Origin: Octopus sinensis | Lineage: Eukaryota | NCBI RefSeq assembly: GCF_006345805.1 | Contig: NW_021832865.1 | Span: 1 to 64,000 of the forward strand | Direction of reading: 5' to 3' | DNA length: 64,000 nucleotides | Shown: piece after piece, positions 1-12,794 of the stretch | How the letters are laid out: each line of letters starts with the position of its first letter | Numbering within the stretch: position 1 is the first letter of the stretch | Made by a program: the position numbers and the translations under genes | The notes under the pieces: model-generated | Told to the model about the DNA's origin: nothing | What the model saw: the letters and a program-made list of their open reading frames with translations, nothing else | Databases searched by the model: none

Positions 1-173
1 CAGTCGGGGCGGCGCTGGCATCAGCCACATTCGGATGGTGCTTTTTATGTGCCAGCGGCACAGGTATCACAACTACTATTTCCATTGATATTTATATTTA
101 TTTCGATGTTCATGTTCATGTACTTGACTCAACAGGTCTCCTCAAGCACAGCGAGACGTTCCGGGTTCCAGGG

Positions 174-219
<46 letters not shown>

Positions 220-1929
220 AGTAACAACAATTAAGATTCAAGTGAATTCCAATGAGTTCAAATGAATGCGGTACTTAACTTAGATGCACCAGAAATCTAT
301 ATGGTATTAACCATAAAATAATGTGGGGTGATTATAAACAAGAAAAAAGCAACAAGACTGGATTAGTTGTTCAGTACAATTGTTTCATACGAAGAACAGC
401 TTTATTAAAAGCTGCAAATATTGCAGCAAATACAAGTGTCCTGTATTCATCAGCCAAAACACATATGAGTTTTCCAAACATCCTAGGGGTGAGGCTACAC
501 TCATGAAGTATCGAAGAGAGTTCAATAAAAAGCAAAGTTAGATTGTAAGCAGACTTCACAAGTTCTCTAAAGATGCACAGTTTTATAAAAGGTTTTTAGT
601 TTCACAGAAAAGGTAAATCCATCCATAATAATGCAGGTGTAATTTCCGGAGATATGAGGAGATATTTCATACTCAGAGACGATGAATTTATCCATAATAA
701 TGTAGATGCAATTTCCTGATATATGAGAAGATGCTGATCACACTTCTGTTCATTTCACATACATATATGTAAGGATGTATGTATATGTATATATATATGT
801 AAGTATGTATATGTATGTATATTTTGATATTTGTTTATTGTTTATTTTAATATATTAAGTAATATGTGTATCATGTTTAGTATATTAATATTAATATTAA
901 TATTTTTCAAGTTCATTATAACCTCTGACGAGGCCTATGGTTTTTTAATATATAAGTATTATATTTTTTAAATGCCTACAACTTTAGTATGTTGAAATCT
1001 ATAGGCAATGAAAATTAGATTCACTTTTGACCATAGGTAAAAAGAGCTGTAAGAAGCAGTTTATGGATTTCATTAATTTATACTATGACTTTTAAAATCT
1101 TTATTTGTATTACTATCTTATCTATTGATTTATATAATATTTTTGTATGCTTTTGATGTTCTCATTTGTAAAATGAATAAATAATCCAACATTATAATAT
1201 CCGTAAGTTGATGAACAAACCAAATTGTTTCTCCATTTTCTTATTTGTATTATAAATTTACGGTAAAAATATTTCTCTACCTTCACCCGTTTAATACAAT
1301 AAATGAGTTAATTGCTTTGCAATTAAAAACATTTATGTATTAAGAATTTGGGTACTTTACCAACAGTATATTGGATAAATGATATCCCATAGTGGGTTAC
1401 ACCCATAACCCCTATCTTACTTTGTACTATATATATATGCGTGTGTGTGTGCGCACGCGCGTATCTCCGTCCGTCCCTCGCTATTGCTTGGTGCGTCTTT
1501 ATCCCCGCAACCTAGCGTTCAGCAAAAAGAAAAAAAAAACGAGAGAATAAGTACTAGGCTTACAAAGAATAAGTTCTGGTGTCAATTTCTTCAACTTTAA
1601 AAACCCTTCAAGGCGGTGCTCCAGCATGGCCGCAGTCAAATTACTGAAACAAGTAAAAGAATACATACTGACACATATCGCATATATCTACTAAATGAAC
1701 TTTGAACTGAAAAAAGATATCGTTATGTGTCTCATTGTGTGCTGTTGTGAGCACTCACCTACTTTCTTATTCATATCAATTCTCATATAATCGTCAACTA
1801 CGTCATTTGTAGAAAATTTCTTAAAATATCCATTTTTCTGAAAGTTATGAGGAAACAAACCTGTTGATAGGGTGCACATTTAAGTAGGTAAGACTCTGTG
1901 TATACCCACAGAAGGTTTGTGGGTGGGGG

Positions 1930-2290
1930 GAAACATGCCAATCAGTGGCCACCACTGGGGAAAACCAGGTAAGTTTTACTGAGGTCATTGACAAAAATGA
2001 AAGTGAAATCTTCCCTAACCTACTTTCATTGTGTATTTCCTATTAAAACAATTTATTTCTCTCTTTATCAGCCACTTCCTTTTTTATATTTCGTCTGTTG
2101 CAAATAATAATAAACTGTTATCACAAAGTTCTCATGAAAGCAAATCATGAAAAAGAGGACAAAGGGAAGTGATTTTCTCGGAAAAACATTGATATCATAC
2201 AAAATTGTAAAACCAATCAACGACTTAAAAACCATCAGATAAATATTCAAGTTTCAATTTTGCTCTGAGCTGTTACGAGGTAAGTTTGCG
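1930..2290 (+). promoter_or_regulatory. Candidate promoter / non-coding first exon region of the PARP14-like gene
   Basis: CCAAT at 1938-1942, GGGGAAAACC at 1957-1966, GAAAGTGAAA at 1999-2008 and TTCTCGGAA at 2175-2183. Two consensus donors: CAG|GTAAGT at 1969 and GAG|GTAAGT at 2280. Exon 1 has an acceptor upstream of its ATG, so an upstream exon must exist. The link to this region is inference. Confidence 0.3.
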
Positions 2291-2720
2291 CTTTACAACT
2301 TCCTAATTTAATTTCTGTAAACCCATTTTTCGATTGCTTTACATATTCTTCACAAAGTCACTTTCAATACTTTTCACTACATCATAACCACACAACTTTG
2401 CCCCATGACTTTATTTTCTCATAACTTTGAGAAAAATTAATGTTTTTTCTTTTTTTTTTTTTTTTTCGTGAAATGTTCTGCAAATACCTTTCAGATGCAG
2501 GGTTGTATTTAAACCATAGGGGGCACGAGGCACTTCAAGATCGATGGGCCCCTCATAACAAAATTAAAATCTTAGAAAATTGCCAAATTTAAATCTCAAA
2601 ACCCATCTCCTTCAAATAATTGAATTTGATGATTTAGGAGAGAAAATTTAAACAAATGACCGAAAATGTCGCTTTATAGATACACTTTTTCATGCTGGTC
2701 GCTTTGCGCATCATATAGAG

Positions 2721-3200
2721 TTGAACTTGATACTCAAGAGGAGCTTGGCCCGGGAAAACATCCCATACATCTTAGAACCATCTGGATTGTCCAGATGTGA
2801 CGAGAGGAGATCTGACAGCCTCACTCTATGCCCCTGGTCCGTTGTCTGGGATGTCACAGTTAGCGACTCCTTTGCTTCTTCTCACATCTTGGATGCTGTG
2901 GTCAGGGCGAGATCCACAGCTTCTGCGGCCGATCAGAACAAAATCCTGAAATACTGCGATCTGTCGGCCAACTACATTTTCCATCATGTGGCGTTCAAGA
3001 CGTTTAGTGGAGTCGGGCCACTGCGAGATTCCTGTTTTCACTGGCAACTCACCTGGCAGAGGTAACTGGTCAGGCTCATGAGGGCGCTTGGCTGTTCCAG
3101 CATATCAGCTTCGCCATCATCTGCGGCAACGTTGCAAGCGTACTGGTGTGTCTCAATAACCAGTAGAAAGATTTCCCAGTGCCCTCAACTTTTCAACCCA
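2721..3200 (+). mobile_element. Degenerate 3' end of a CRE-like non-LTR retrotransposon (restriction-like endonuclease)
   Basis: ILKRSLARENIPYILEPSGLSRCDERRSDSLTLCPWSVVWDVTVSD...KYCDLSANYIFHHVAFKTFSGVGP resembles the RLE domain (LEP-G-R-D--RPD...WDVTV-D...KY...F-PVA-ET-G). Confidence 0.7.
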
Positions 3201-4906
3201 AGGTGGTAAATTGTTTTGTTCTTTTGTTTTTTTTCTTTTTTCTCTTTCTTTCTTTTTTCTTTTTTCTCTTTCTTTCTTTTTTCTTTTTTCTTTTTTTCAA
3301 TTGTATTCTCTGTTTTGTCCAGTTTTCTAGTTTAATTTTGTAAAACAGTAAACACTGAGAAGGCAATAAAAATCATAACTTGCAATTTAAAAAACAAACT
3401 TCAAGTTTCGTTTTTCACACATCCACTTGCGGTAGGGAAGAGTGGGGTAAGGTTTTTTCTTTCTTTTAATGTGAGTTACATATGTTTCAGAATGTAGAAG
3501 ATAAAATGACAGAAAATTACGAAAAAGACAGAAATCATTTTTGTTGTTGCTGTTCCAAAGACAGGATGAGAGAGAGAGAGAGAGACAGAGAAAGAGAGAG
3601 AGAGAGACAGACAGACAGACAAAGAGAAAGAGAGGTGGGGTAGAAATACCAGCATTTCAAAGACGTGGATTTAAAAAGTTCTATTTTTAAAACGGCTTCC
3701 CTTCATTGTTTTGTAATGTGTTAAAAAAAAAAAGAAAGAAAGTGGGGCACACCTTGATAAAAACAGGAAAATTCAAACAGCTATTTCCAAAAGTCTGCTT
3801 TTCCAGTTTCCATTAAGAGTAGGTGGGGTACAATGAGTAACATTTACTGCATTTTTGACTTTGAAGTAAATATATTTTTTTTAAATATTCACTACCTTAC
3901 CAAAACTCTATCAACGGAGTAAAGACCTTCTCTAAACTCAGTAAAACCTATGATATATTCAGAATAATATTTCAGAAAATTATCACTGTTTTTTTCGGCA
4001 TATAAAAGACAAATATAGGCGGGGCAAAATGGGTAAGACAAGACTAGGTAAATATGCTTTTCCATTTCCCCAGAATTAAATTTGCCAAAAGAGTCATACA
4101 CATAAACATCCGTCCTTAGACATCAGAAAGATCAGAAATGCAACAAAATCTTAAATATCTTTGTCAAATGAAAGAGGATTTTGGAAAAATAGCACATAAT
4201 ATGAAATTAATGAAACTCAACGAAATCTAAAAACTCAACATAAAATATTCTTTATAGCTTCTTCCTTATAGCTTCTTTGCCAAAGATTATCCACATATTT
4301 TATTTGTTACCTCATTTACAATTGGGTCAAGTTTGAGGAAAAATTCCTTCAAAATAATATCTATTACCTACGTTTCAAACTCTCAGCTACGCAAACCAGG
4401 TGTATTCAACCATTTTTTTTTTTTACCTGAGAACCCCTTTGATTCCTATTTTACTCCTTGGGACCCTCCCCCACACCCACCATACCCATTCGATGTTTAA
4501 AAAAGTCAAATTAGGACTTGTATAAAAGTCGTTAAAATATCTTGTGTACTATGGACCTATAACCAATTTCTTAACAACTAAATTCTACGGAAAATGAATG
4601 TTTCCAAGTAAAATAATATACATGTATATATTTATTTACATAAGGTAGTACTTTAGTGTTAATTTCTTTAATGCAAGTCTGGTGGTTGGTGCTGCTTTGC
4701 TAGTTTTAAATTGTTCTGCTCTTATGTTGTCAATGATAATTGAAGATCACCTTTTTCTACAACGTCGATTCAATTATGAGCTGTTCACAGTAAATTAGCG
4801 ACATGGCTGAAACCAGATTCAACAAGGTAAGATAAAGGAAAAGTAGTAAAGTACAACTGCACTCCCCCACCAGAATAATGGATACTTTGTAGCAGTGTCA
4901 TTTTTT

Positions 4907-5104
4907 TTACCATACATTACGTTCTCCATCTTTAAATCTTGCTTGAAATATTTCATCGTTCTGCAATTCAATGAGATTCTCCTGCAAATAGATATCTACA
5001 TCAGCAACATGAAATGTCACCCAACACGGTATATTTAACTGCAGCAGGTCATTAAACTGACCTTGCATATCATTATGCAAGTTTTTCAAATGTTCAGTAA
5101 ACAT
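4907..5104 (-). mobile_element. hAT (Charlie/Buster-like) transposase C-terminal fragment
   Basis: HLKNLHNDMQGQFNDLLQL...LQENLIELQND resembles the C-terminal region of Charlie/Buster-type transposases. Short, isolated fragment. Confidence 0.5.
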
Positions 5105-7313
5105 GGTCGTCCTTGTGCAGATTACTGTTAATTGATTCCAAACAGGGAAATTCTAATAATACACAGCATACAATATTTATTTCCTAGAGCTGTACTTTCC
5201 CCAGAAAAGCAGCAATCGCTCCTTTGGAGGATATGAGGTCAAAGTCTTCTTGAAGCTGTTTGTCAGATATATTTTATCAAATTTTTCTGATAAATAAAAT
5301 ATATCGCATTTAGCTGCAACCATTCGTGGAGTGAAAGTGCAGTTGTACTTTTAGCTGGAATCATTTGTTGGCTGCGATTGTTGTTAGCCAGGAATGAGAC
5401 AATAATATACCAAAGTACAAAAAAAAATGACGCAGACAGTTTGATAACCATATCATGTTCGTGTGAATTACAAAGCATTCAATTTCTCCATTTTGATTAC
5501 AGAATTCATGAAATATGCAATCTTGTAAATAATATTACAATATTAAGGGGATCGTGCAGATGTGCTCTTGATTGTTTCACAAGTAGGTGTTACTGGTGTT
5601 ATCACACAGTGTATAGAAAATACCATTTATTCAACAGGCAACAAAATCTCTGTATCTGCCAATCATGGGCGGAGCACAGTCATTAGCACAAACTCTCACA
5701 TTTCCCAGGGGAATATTATGTTCCTCGAAATAAGTTAGTGCCTTTGAAAATTTGTTTTGCCTTTAGTATCTGTTTTAAGATGTCTGGTAAAATGAATTTC
5801 CTCTCTGAATTCATTACACCCCACCACCACCACCACCAAAAAAAAAACGATTATATGCCAATACTATAGCTTTACTGTCTCTCAGGGTAGATTCATCAGG
5901 TTGAAGAAGAAATTTCTTTACTTGCAGTTTGGCTACAGGTTGCTTCTCTCCATCTTAGCCATTTCATTGACGCACAGTGACACTGATGAGTTGCTTAAAG
6001 GAATCTTACAAGTAATCTCAGTAGCATTTTGTTTCATAAATGATGACACTATGACAGATACCGCTGGCAAAATTAGTTTCACCAATATTATGGGGTTTCC
6101 CAATCTTTGCTATCATTTTAGAAATTTCATAGGATTCCAGTCAACCATTATGATTTTGTCACTTATTCTCCATTTTCCTTGCTTGGAATTCATTGTGCAG
6201 TTTTCTAAAATATTCTACTGGATTGTTTTAGTTGTCTTTGAACTTGGTCTCTGAAGGAATTCTGAGCTGGCTTGGCTGAGACATTGTTTTCCCTTCATTC
6301 TGTGCTGATAGAATACAGCCACAAGACAGATATTCAATGGAATACGGTCGACATTTCCTCTTAGTCGGAGGAGCAGAATTTTTATTAAAGCACCCCGTAT
6401 AACCCCTCGTAACTTTACTATTTTTTAAAATTTTCAGAAAATTTTTCTTCTACACATGGAAATTCAAAAGATTAGGCAAATAGAATTTTTGTATGGGATT
6501 TAGGCAATTTAGCTGTTGTTTTTAGCACATCACACAGCCACCTGATTTCTTCTTCATTTCTTTGTTACTATAGTGTATTGATATTCTTCAAGAATGGTCC
6601 ACTGCTGGAATTTAAGCAAAACGTTCTGAGTTTCTGTATTTTAAACTCTGATTTTAAAAAAAAAATTGGAAAGAAGTAGGAAATTTTTAGGATTTATGTG
6701 GTTTAAAATAAGAATTATTTTTTTTTCCCTTTTTTTTTTGCAATAAGTATATGAATTCCAGTGCATAGAACACAAATTCACAAAACTTTTCCAAAAAATA
6801 AAAACCACAAGCACCTGCTACCTTCATTTCTACTTTCTGTTGTATTTTCTTTTAAATCGGAATTTTAAAATATAGATAGTCCGAATTTTTGACTCAAATC
6901 CACCCTTGGGTGCATCATCATTCCACTAAACGTGTTTATGGGGAGAAAAATATTGCAAAATATTAATACATGCCAGTGACAAAGAGACAAAGAATGTATC
7001 AGCTAAATCAACCTTAAATCACACACAATTTTTTTCATAATCATTTGAATTCTCATGTGTAGAAGACAAAACATAGAAAGAAGTTATATGCAATATTATA
7101 TTTATCAGTAATGGATTAGAAGTTCCTTTTCTTAGAACGTATGATAAAATACCAGTTATAGAAGATATGGAAAAGTTCTTACCTCTGTCCTAAAAAACTG
7201 ACTAACTCAGAGATCAGTCTTGCGAAAATACGTTGAAATCAACTTGTTGCTAAGAACTGAGATATTATTTCTTTTGTCTGTCTGTCTGTCTGTCTCTCTC
7301 TCTGTCTCTCTCT

Positions 7314-7730
7314 CAGAGCTGGGCATAAGTCCGTTAATCGTTAATTAACAAAGTTAATATTTTGGTTAACGATTTAACTTTTAAGTTAACTTTAAAAATC
7401 ATTACCGAACTAATTAACTTCCGTTACATTTAGCTTCCACTAACCCCAAAATTTCAATAAAACCAGTAAACGTTTCTATTGTTTAATGATTGTCTTATCA
7501 TATTTAATATTGTACGCGTCATTCAGTGAGCAAGTGTTGGTGGACTTGTTTGTCAAGTACAACACATCCGTCCCTTCCAGTGCTGCAGTTGAACGTTTAT
7601 TTTCCATAGACAAAGACATCTTGAGTGTCAAGAGATCATCCTTGTCTGATGAAAATTTTAGTTTGCTAATTTTCAAGAAGGGCAACATTTATATCATCAA
7701 CAAAATAGTGGAGAAGAGGAAAAGTTGAAT
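7314..7730 (+). mobile_element. hAT transposon remnant (left end plus dimerisation-domain fragment)
   Basis: Terminus CAGAGCTGGGCA followed by gttaac-rich subterminal repeats. LFVKYNTSVPSSAAVERLFS...KRSSLSDENF is the hAT C-terminal dimerisation motif. Confidence 0.75.
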
Positions 7731-8964
7731 CATGCATATATCATGTTTTCCAATTTAAAAAAAAAAAATTTATGATCACCTTATCAGTAAACTTCTTTTA
7801 GTTTAATACTAATATTATGTTTCATTTGAGTTTTATTTTTTACCTTTTCTGGCTCTAAAACCCTTTAAAAACCTTAAAAAGGGCCAAAACTATGAAATCA
7901 GCCTTTTTTTAGGCCCTTTGAAATTTAAAACTATAAAATCAGGATTTTTAACTCTTAAGCGAAAAAAACCCCAAAACAAAAAAACTATATAGTTTTTGGG
8001 TTCTAAAGCCCCCAAAAAGGCTGATTTTATAGTTTTGGCACTTTTAACCCTTTAATGTTTAAAATGGCCAAAACCCATTGTATCTGATTCCTCGACGAAA
8101 TCTTTTTAGAAAATAAACAAATCATATTAGTGAATTCTCATAGCTTTGAGATAATGTAAGGGCTTTTCTTCTAGAAAGCAGAGAAGTGGGTGAAAAGCAC
8201 AATTAACTGAGGAGGATGTCAACATAGAAAATATTAACTTCCATAAAGTGGAAAAAATAAATGGAAGGAAAAAGCTGGTAAATATTTCGGTGTCAATGGA
8301 AATAATTGTTATGTGGTAGTAGGGCATGCTAGAAATAACAGCCAAATCTTTTCTGGAAAAAGGAGCCATTTATGCATGATTTCGATGTCAGATTCATTGA
8401 AAGCATGCAAAATAATCTGGAAAAGAAAAAAAGGACTCGTGAAACAAAATTCCCTTTGTGGGAAACTTCAAGGTCTCTACCACCCCTCCCACCTTTCTTT
8501 TCTGGAAAAAAAGTAGCTTGGGGCGAGTTTGGAGTTCAGATACATTGAATGCACCCCAAAATATTATTCCACACTAAGGTATGAAATATTTACTGAAAGA
8601 ATAAAATCTTGTATCAGTTATACCTGTATTTTAATTAATTCAAATTAATGTACCTCATCTTGAAAAGTGGCAAACTTTTTGTTGGTTGCCATCTGGGATA
8701 ATTTTTGTAACAAATCAAACAGATAAGATGCATTAAGAATTTCAATTTTAGTGTTTATCCATAATGTTGTTGCTTTTACACCTGTTAATTAAATTTACAT
8801 ACCCATAAAAGTTAAATTAATCAGCTAAAAAAAGATCAGCTAAAATTACATAACTATCAACCAGTGGTATATAAAGCACCCACTGACACAATTTCAAATC
8901 TGTATGTAAAAAATTTACAAAGCTACAAGCAAATATTGTGGACACCCCTCCTGAGCCTGAATAA

Positions 8965-9330
8965 TCTCTATATATAAAACAAAGGATGTCTGTTTGCGTG
9001 TGTAATATGTATGCATTTCTACAGTTTTCAACCGATTTTCACCAAACTTTACACACACATTACTTATGTGCCAAGGATGGCCACGCACTATAATATTTTG
9101 CTCAGAGCTCTCGCATAAAGCAAGAAATTGGGAAGAAACATGTTTTATGTTTTTTCTCTAAAAACTGCAGTTTTCAACCAATTCTCTCCCTTTTCACATT
9201 CTCTGTTTTTCTTGCTTACCTATATCATCTCTCACTCTCTGTAATAGTTCCTCTCTTTTAGTCTACACTTTTTTCCTTCCTTCTTTCTTTATTTTTTTTC
9301 GTTCTTTCTCCTTCTACATAGGAAACGAAT
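8965..9330 (+). mobile_element. Helitron-like 5' end, non-autonomous fragment
   Basis: A|TCTCTATATATAAAACAAAG start. About 200 bp are clearly homologous to 56040-56260. The 3' boundary is uncertain. Confidence 0.55.
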
Positions 9331-9479
9331 CTGAAAACGAAAATTTTCACATTTATTATATTAAATATGTATATATACATATAAAGTATTGATCCATGAT
9401 AGAAAATTCAACAAAAAAAGTACTCCATCTTGTGAGAGATAAATATTATTTATTTAAAGGTCACAATACATGTATTAAA

Positions 9480-9532
9480 GCGCTACTAGTAGTTTCATAT
9501 GTTGAGAAATCTCAAACATATTCTTCAGACGC
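9480..9532 (-). ncRNA. Minimal type I hammerhead ribozyme motif
   Basis: The minus strand reads gcgt-CTGAAGA-atatgt-t-tgag-attt-ctca-acatat-GAAAC-tacta-GTA-gcgc. All core nucleotides are present, with stem II of 6+4 bp, stem III of 3 bp, stem I of 4 bp and a GUA cleavage triplet. Confidence 0.65.
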
Positions 9533-9539
9533 AAACCAC

Positions 9540-9803
9540 ATATCATAAGGTATGGATTTCTCAACTATTTTCCATTTAATCCCATGCAGTATTTCATTAT
9601 CTTTCAAAGTCCATATGTATCTAGCCAACTTGGTAGCTTTACTTTTGTCCTTATGTCCTATGTGATTGGCATAGAGATTTTTAAATTCTCCTTCTCATAA
9701 TCCAGCATAGGTCTTCTTAACAGTTGCATTATTATTTACGGTTGCAGTAGCTTCTGCCTCATATATGATAGATTTAGTCATACATCGTTGGTCAAGTGGA
9801 CAC
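9540..9803 (-). mobile_element. Penelope-like element GIY-YIG endonuclease remnant
   Basis: Manual translation: SCPLDQRCMTKSIIYEAEATA...TYAGL*EGEFKNLYANH...KATKLARYIWTLKD...IKWKIVEKSIPY. This matches the Penelope-type EN and has one internal stop. Confidence 0.75.
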
Positions 9804-9821
9804 GATATAGGCCAATGTCAC

Positions 9822-9906
9822 GAGCCGGGTGGTGTCTATATCTCAATGTGTTTAATTATAAGAACATTTATATTAAACACATTTAGATTTAGACACCACT
9901 CGGCTC
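9822..9906. repeat. 85-nt imperfect hairpin
   Basis: gagccgggtggtgtcta...aatgtgtttaat pairs with attaaacacatt...tagacaccactcggctc. Confidence 0.8.
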
Positions 9907-10077
9907 TAAATCTAATTTTAATGTGAATGTTTCTGTCTTTAATAATGTGTTACCTTTTAGAGATTCATTAAGAGAGACACAGTGTGTGCGTGTGCGTGTG
10001 TGTGTGTGTCTGTCTGTGTGCATGCACTCCTGTGCTTTAAGCTGGTCTCTAAAGGCAGAAAGTGTATTTATATTATA

Positions 10078-10488
10078 CTAGCAGCTAAGCCCGGTTTCAC
10101 CCAGTCTTTTTGGATGTTGTGACTATGATTGTTTTCGGTTAGGCATAATCTATAACACCATTTCTCAACCTTATCATTTCAGGTCCCCAGTTTCGATTGG
10201 ATCTCCAACTATATGAAAATTTCCTGGCTCATCCTGTCAAAAAACAGCTTCTAAGCAACTGGATGTTTTAATGGCGGAAGAAAGAGGGGAATTCCAATAG
10301 GAAAAGGTTTTTATCGATTTTCTCGGTATGTAGGGAGGCTAGGAAAAAAATACAAACTGCATTCCAATCTATGCACCCATGTGTGCCATTTTTTGCACAA
10401 ATTCATCCTGCCATTTGGTTGTGAACCTCAAGACAAGAAAGAATACAACGATCGCCCATGTCCAATTTATATTATAGATATATATAGA
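10078..10488 (-). mobile_element. Non-autonomous Helitron (411 bp)
   Basis: On the minus strand it starts A|TCTATATATATC (10488) and ends with hairpin ctgggtgaaaccggg plus ctgCTAG|T (10078), i.e. an A|T target with no TSD. Confidence 0.7.
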
Positions 10489-10864
10489 TTGGTAAACCGT
10501 CCTGTTGCTAAGGCAACTCACTCCTTTCTGATTAAATTCAACTTTGAAGATTCTTTATGTAAAGCATTGGTAAGGCATCAAAGAATAACTTGTTGAGAAT
10601 TTGCTGAGCCTTGTTGATTGGCCAGTTGTAATCCAAAAGTTGTACATTAGTCTGTTAAAACACAAAGTGAAAAAAAACAGCAACAGGTTTGGTTTCCTTG
10701 CTTTCCACATTTGAGCAGGAGTCACGGTGACTGGCATTGTGACAGGAGTACCACAACCCCAACGAAGCAATTGACCAATCACAATTGCCGTATTATGTGG
10801 TTCAAAACCAAGGGTTGGACACATAATAATCTACATCATAAGCGGAAAGTGTAACCTCTCGAAA

Positions 10865-11172
10865 GAGCTGTTCTTCACTCCTGCTCCAGAGCATCGGCTG
10901 CGGGGTCATTCCGAAAAGCTCTATCTGCGACGATTTCATCTCAATCGAAGGAGAGGGGCTTTCTCCGTCCGGGTTGCGGATCCATGGAATAAGCTGCCGG
11001 ACGAGATGGTGAGGATGCCGACGATCGCTCGGTTCAAAGTCTCCCTTGACCACAAGTGGCATGAACTCTTTACATGAACACCACCCTGTACCTAACTCCA
11101 TGTCCCCACTACATGGCCTTGCTTTTTGCTTTCTGAGCCAAAAAATTAACTAACTAATTAACTAACTACTTC
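10865..11172 (+). mobile_element. 3' end of a CR1-clade LINE
   Basis: 10865-11077 translates ELFFTPAPEHRLRGHSEKLYLRRFHLNRRRGAFSVRVADPWNKLPDEMVRMPTIARFKVSLD..., the CR1 C-terminal signature. It is followed by a short UTR and a (taac)-like tail. Confidence 0.8.
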
Positions 11173-11183
11173 ATTTTCTTGTA

Positions 11184-12794
11184 TCTTATATATTAAAAGG
11201 CAAGTTGTCTGTCTGTCTGTTGTGTGAACCACTTCTACTCCTACAATTTTCAACTGAATTTCACTAGATTTGACATGTGTACTCTCTTTGACTTAGGACA
11301 CTTTTTCTTATGATTTTTTCCTTGAAATTCCACACCCCCAACATAAATAGACTACTCTCAATTCACCAAGGATTTGAACCCACCACATCTATGCAATGGT
11401 ATGTGTTTGATCTTATATATTAAAAGGCAAGTTGGCTGTCTGTCTCTGTGTGTATGTTGTGTGAACCACTTCTACTCCCACAATTTCCAACCGAATTTCA
11501 CCAAATTTGACATGTGTCCTCTCTTTGACTTGGGACGCTTTTTCGTATAATTTTTTCCTCAAAATTCTGCACTCCCAGCATAAATAGACTACTCTCAATT
11601 TGCCGAGGATTTGGCTTGAGCCAGTGAAAAACGTAACATGCCCAACTGGGAAAAATCAATACTTTACTTTGTCAGCTGTGGCAAGCTCTTATCGACTGCT
11701 TGCACAGTACTGCCAGCAATATTCATTTGCAAGCTATGATTTGCCTCTGTTTACACATGAGTGCTTTTTTCCATATAACTATTCCAACTTAAACTAGCCA
11801 CTTCAAAACTCTTACCCAAAATCAATTCAGTCTGCTTGAAAAACATTTTTACAAACTACATGTTACTATTTTTTGGGTGCTATACATTCACCGCTTTTTC
11901 CTTAGGACTTTTTCTATTGCATAAACTGATAATTTTCCACCATACCTCGACACAAAAGTTCCAATATAGGTGGGCAAACAAATGCTGCAAAGAAAAGTAA
12001 ACGCATGCATGCAAATGAATCTGCTGAAAACGCCGCCAGGAGGAACTCTCTCAATGCACATAGGATGGCTTCAGTGCGAAGAAGGGAAAGTGAGGAGCAG
12101 CGTTGTGAATGGTTAGCACAACGAGCCATCCAGAGCAATGAGCAATGTTCAGCACGCCGAACAAGAAATGCTTCCTCTACTACTGCTGTACGAGCTGCAG
12201 CACAATGTGCAGTTTGGTATACAAGAGATGCTGCAGCAACTGCTGCTGCGTGTGCTACAGACACTACAGGGGAAAGACAACAACGACTGGAGACAACAAC
12301 TCGGCGAAGGGCTGCACAACGTTCCTACTCAAGGCCATGCTCCTCACATTGGTCAATGACAGCATTCAACTACAATCCTACAACTGACCACAGTAATCAC
12401 CCTGATGTTCAAATATGCTGCATGCCCACAATCTGCCAATTTTGCAGAGCTAAACTTTGGCCTGGAGAAACTCCTGGCATGTGATGATCCACCTGTAAGA
12501 TAACAGTACCTCTTCTACAAGATCCTCCACCCCTTTTGACAGGGGCGTCTCATTATTTTCATGACTTTCTCAAGCTGATACATGCCTACAACTGCACATT
12601 CCAAATTACTTCCTTTGGCCCCAACATCATACGAGATGGGCATTTCATGCCTTCCTTTAAAGTGCAGGGGCAGATTTACCCTAGAATTGGTTCCTTGCAG
12701 CTGCATGACGCTGCGTCGCTCTACTTTGTGGGAGACAACGCTGACCAGGCATACTTAACAAACAGCCCTGGGCAACGCTGGATACGCCTGCTAG
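11184..12794 (+). mobile_element. Internally deleted Helitron with Rep/Hel N-terminal coding remnant
   Basis: A|TCTTATATATTAAAAGG 5' ends at 11184 and 11411. The ORFs contain STPR-like repeats, AFNYNPTTDHSNHPDVQI...CQFCRAKLWPGETPGM and YNCTFQITSFG...FMPSFKVQGQIYPRIGSL. The 3' end is cctgggcaacgctgg...ctgCTAG|T at 12791-12794. Confidence 0.88.

Noticed and set aside
925-1025. Hammerhead-like CTGACGA...gcctat/ataggc...GAAA
   Set aside because: There is a 3-nt spacer before GAAA and no stem I. At best it is a decayed relic, and it cannot be supported.
5901-6254. 117-aa hydrophobic ORF and other 60-120 aa ORFs in AT-rich DNA or antisense to LINEs
   Set aside because: No recognisable domain or splice support; such ORFs are expected by chance or as antisense shadows of RT ORFs.
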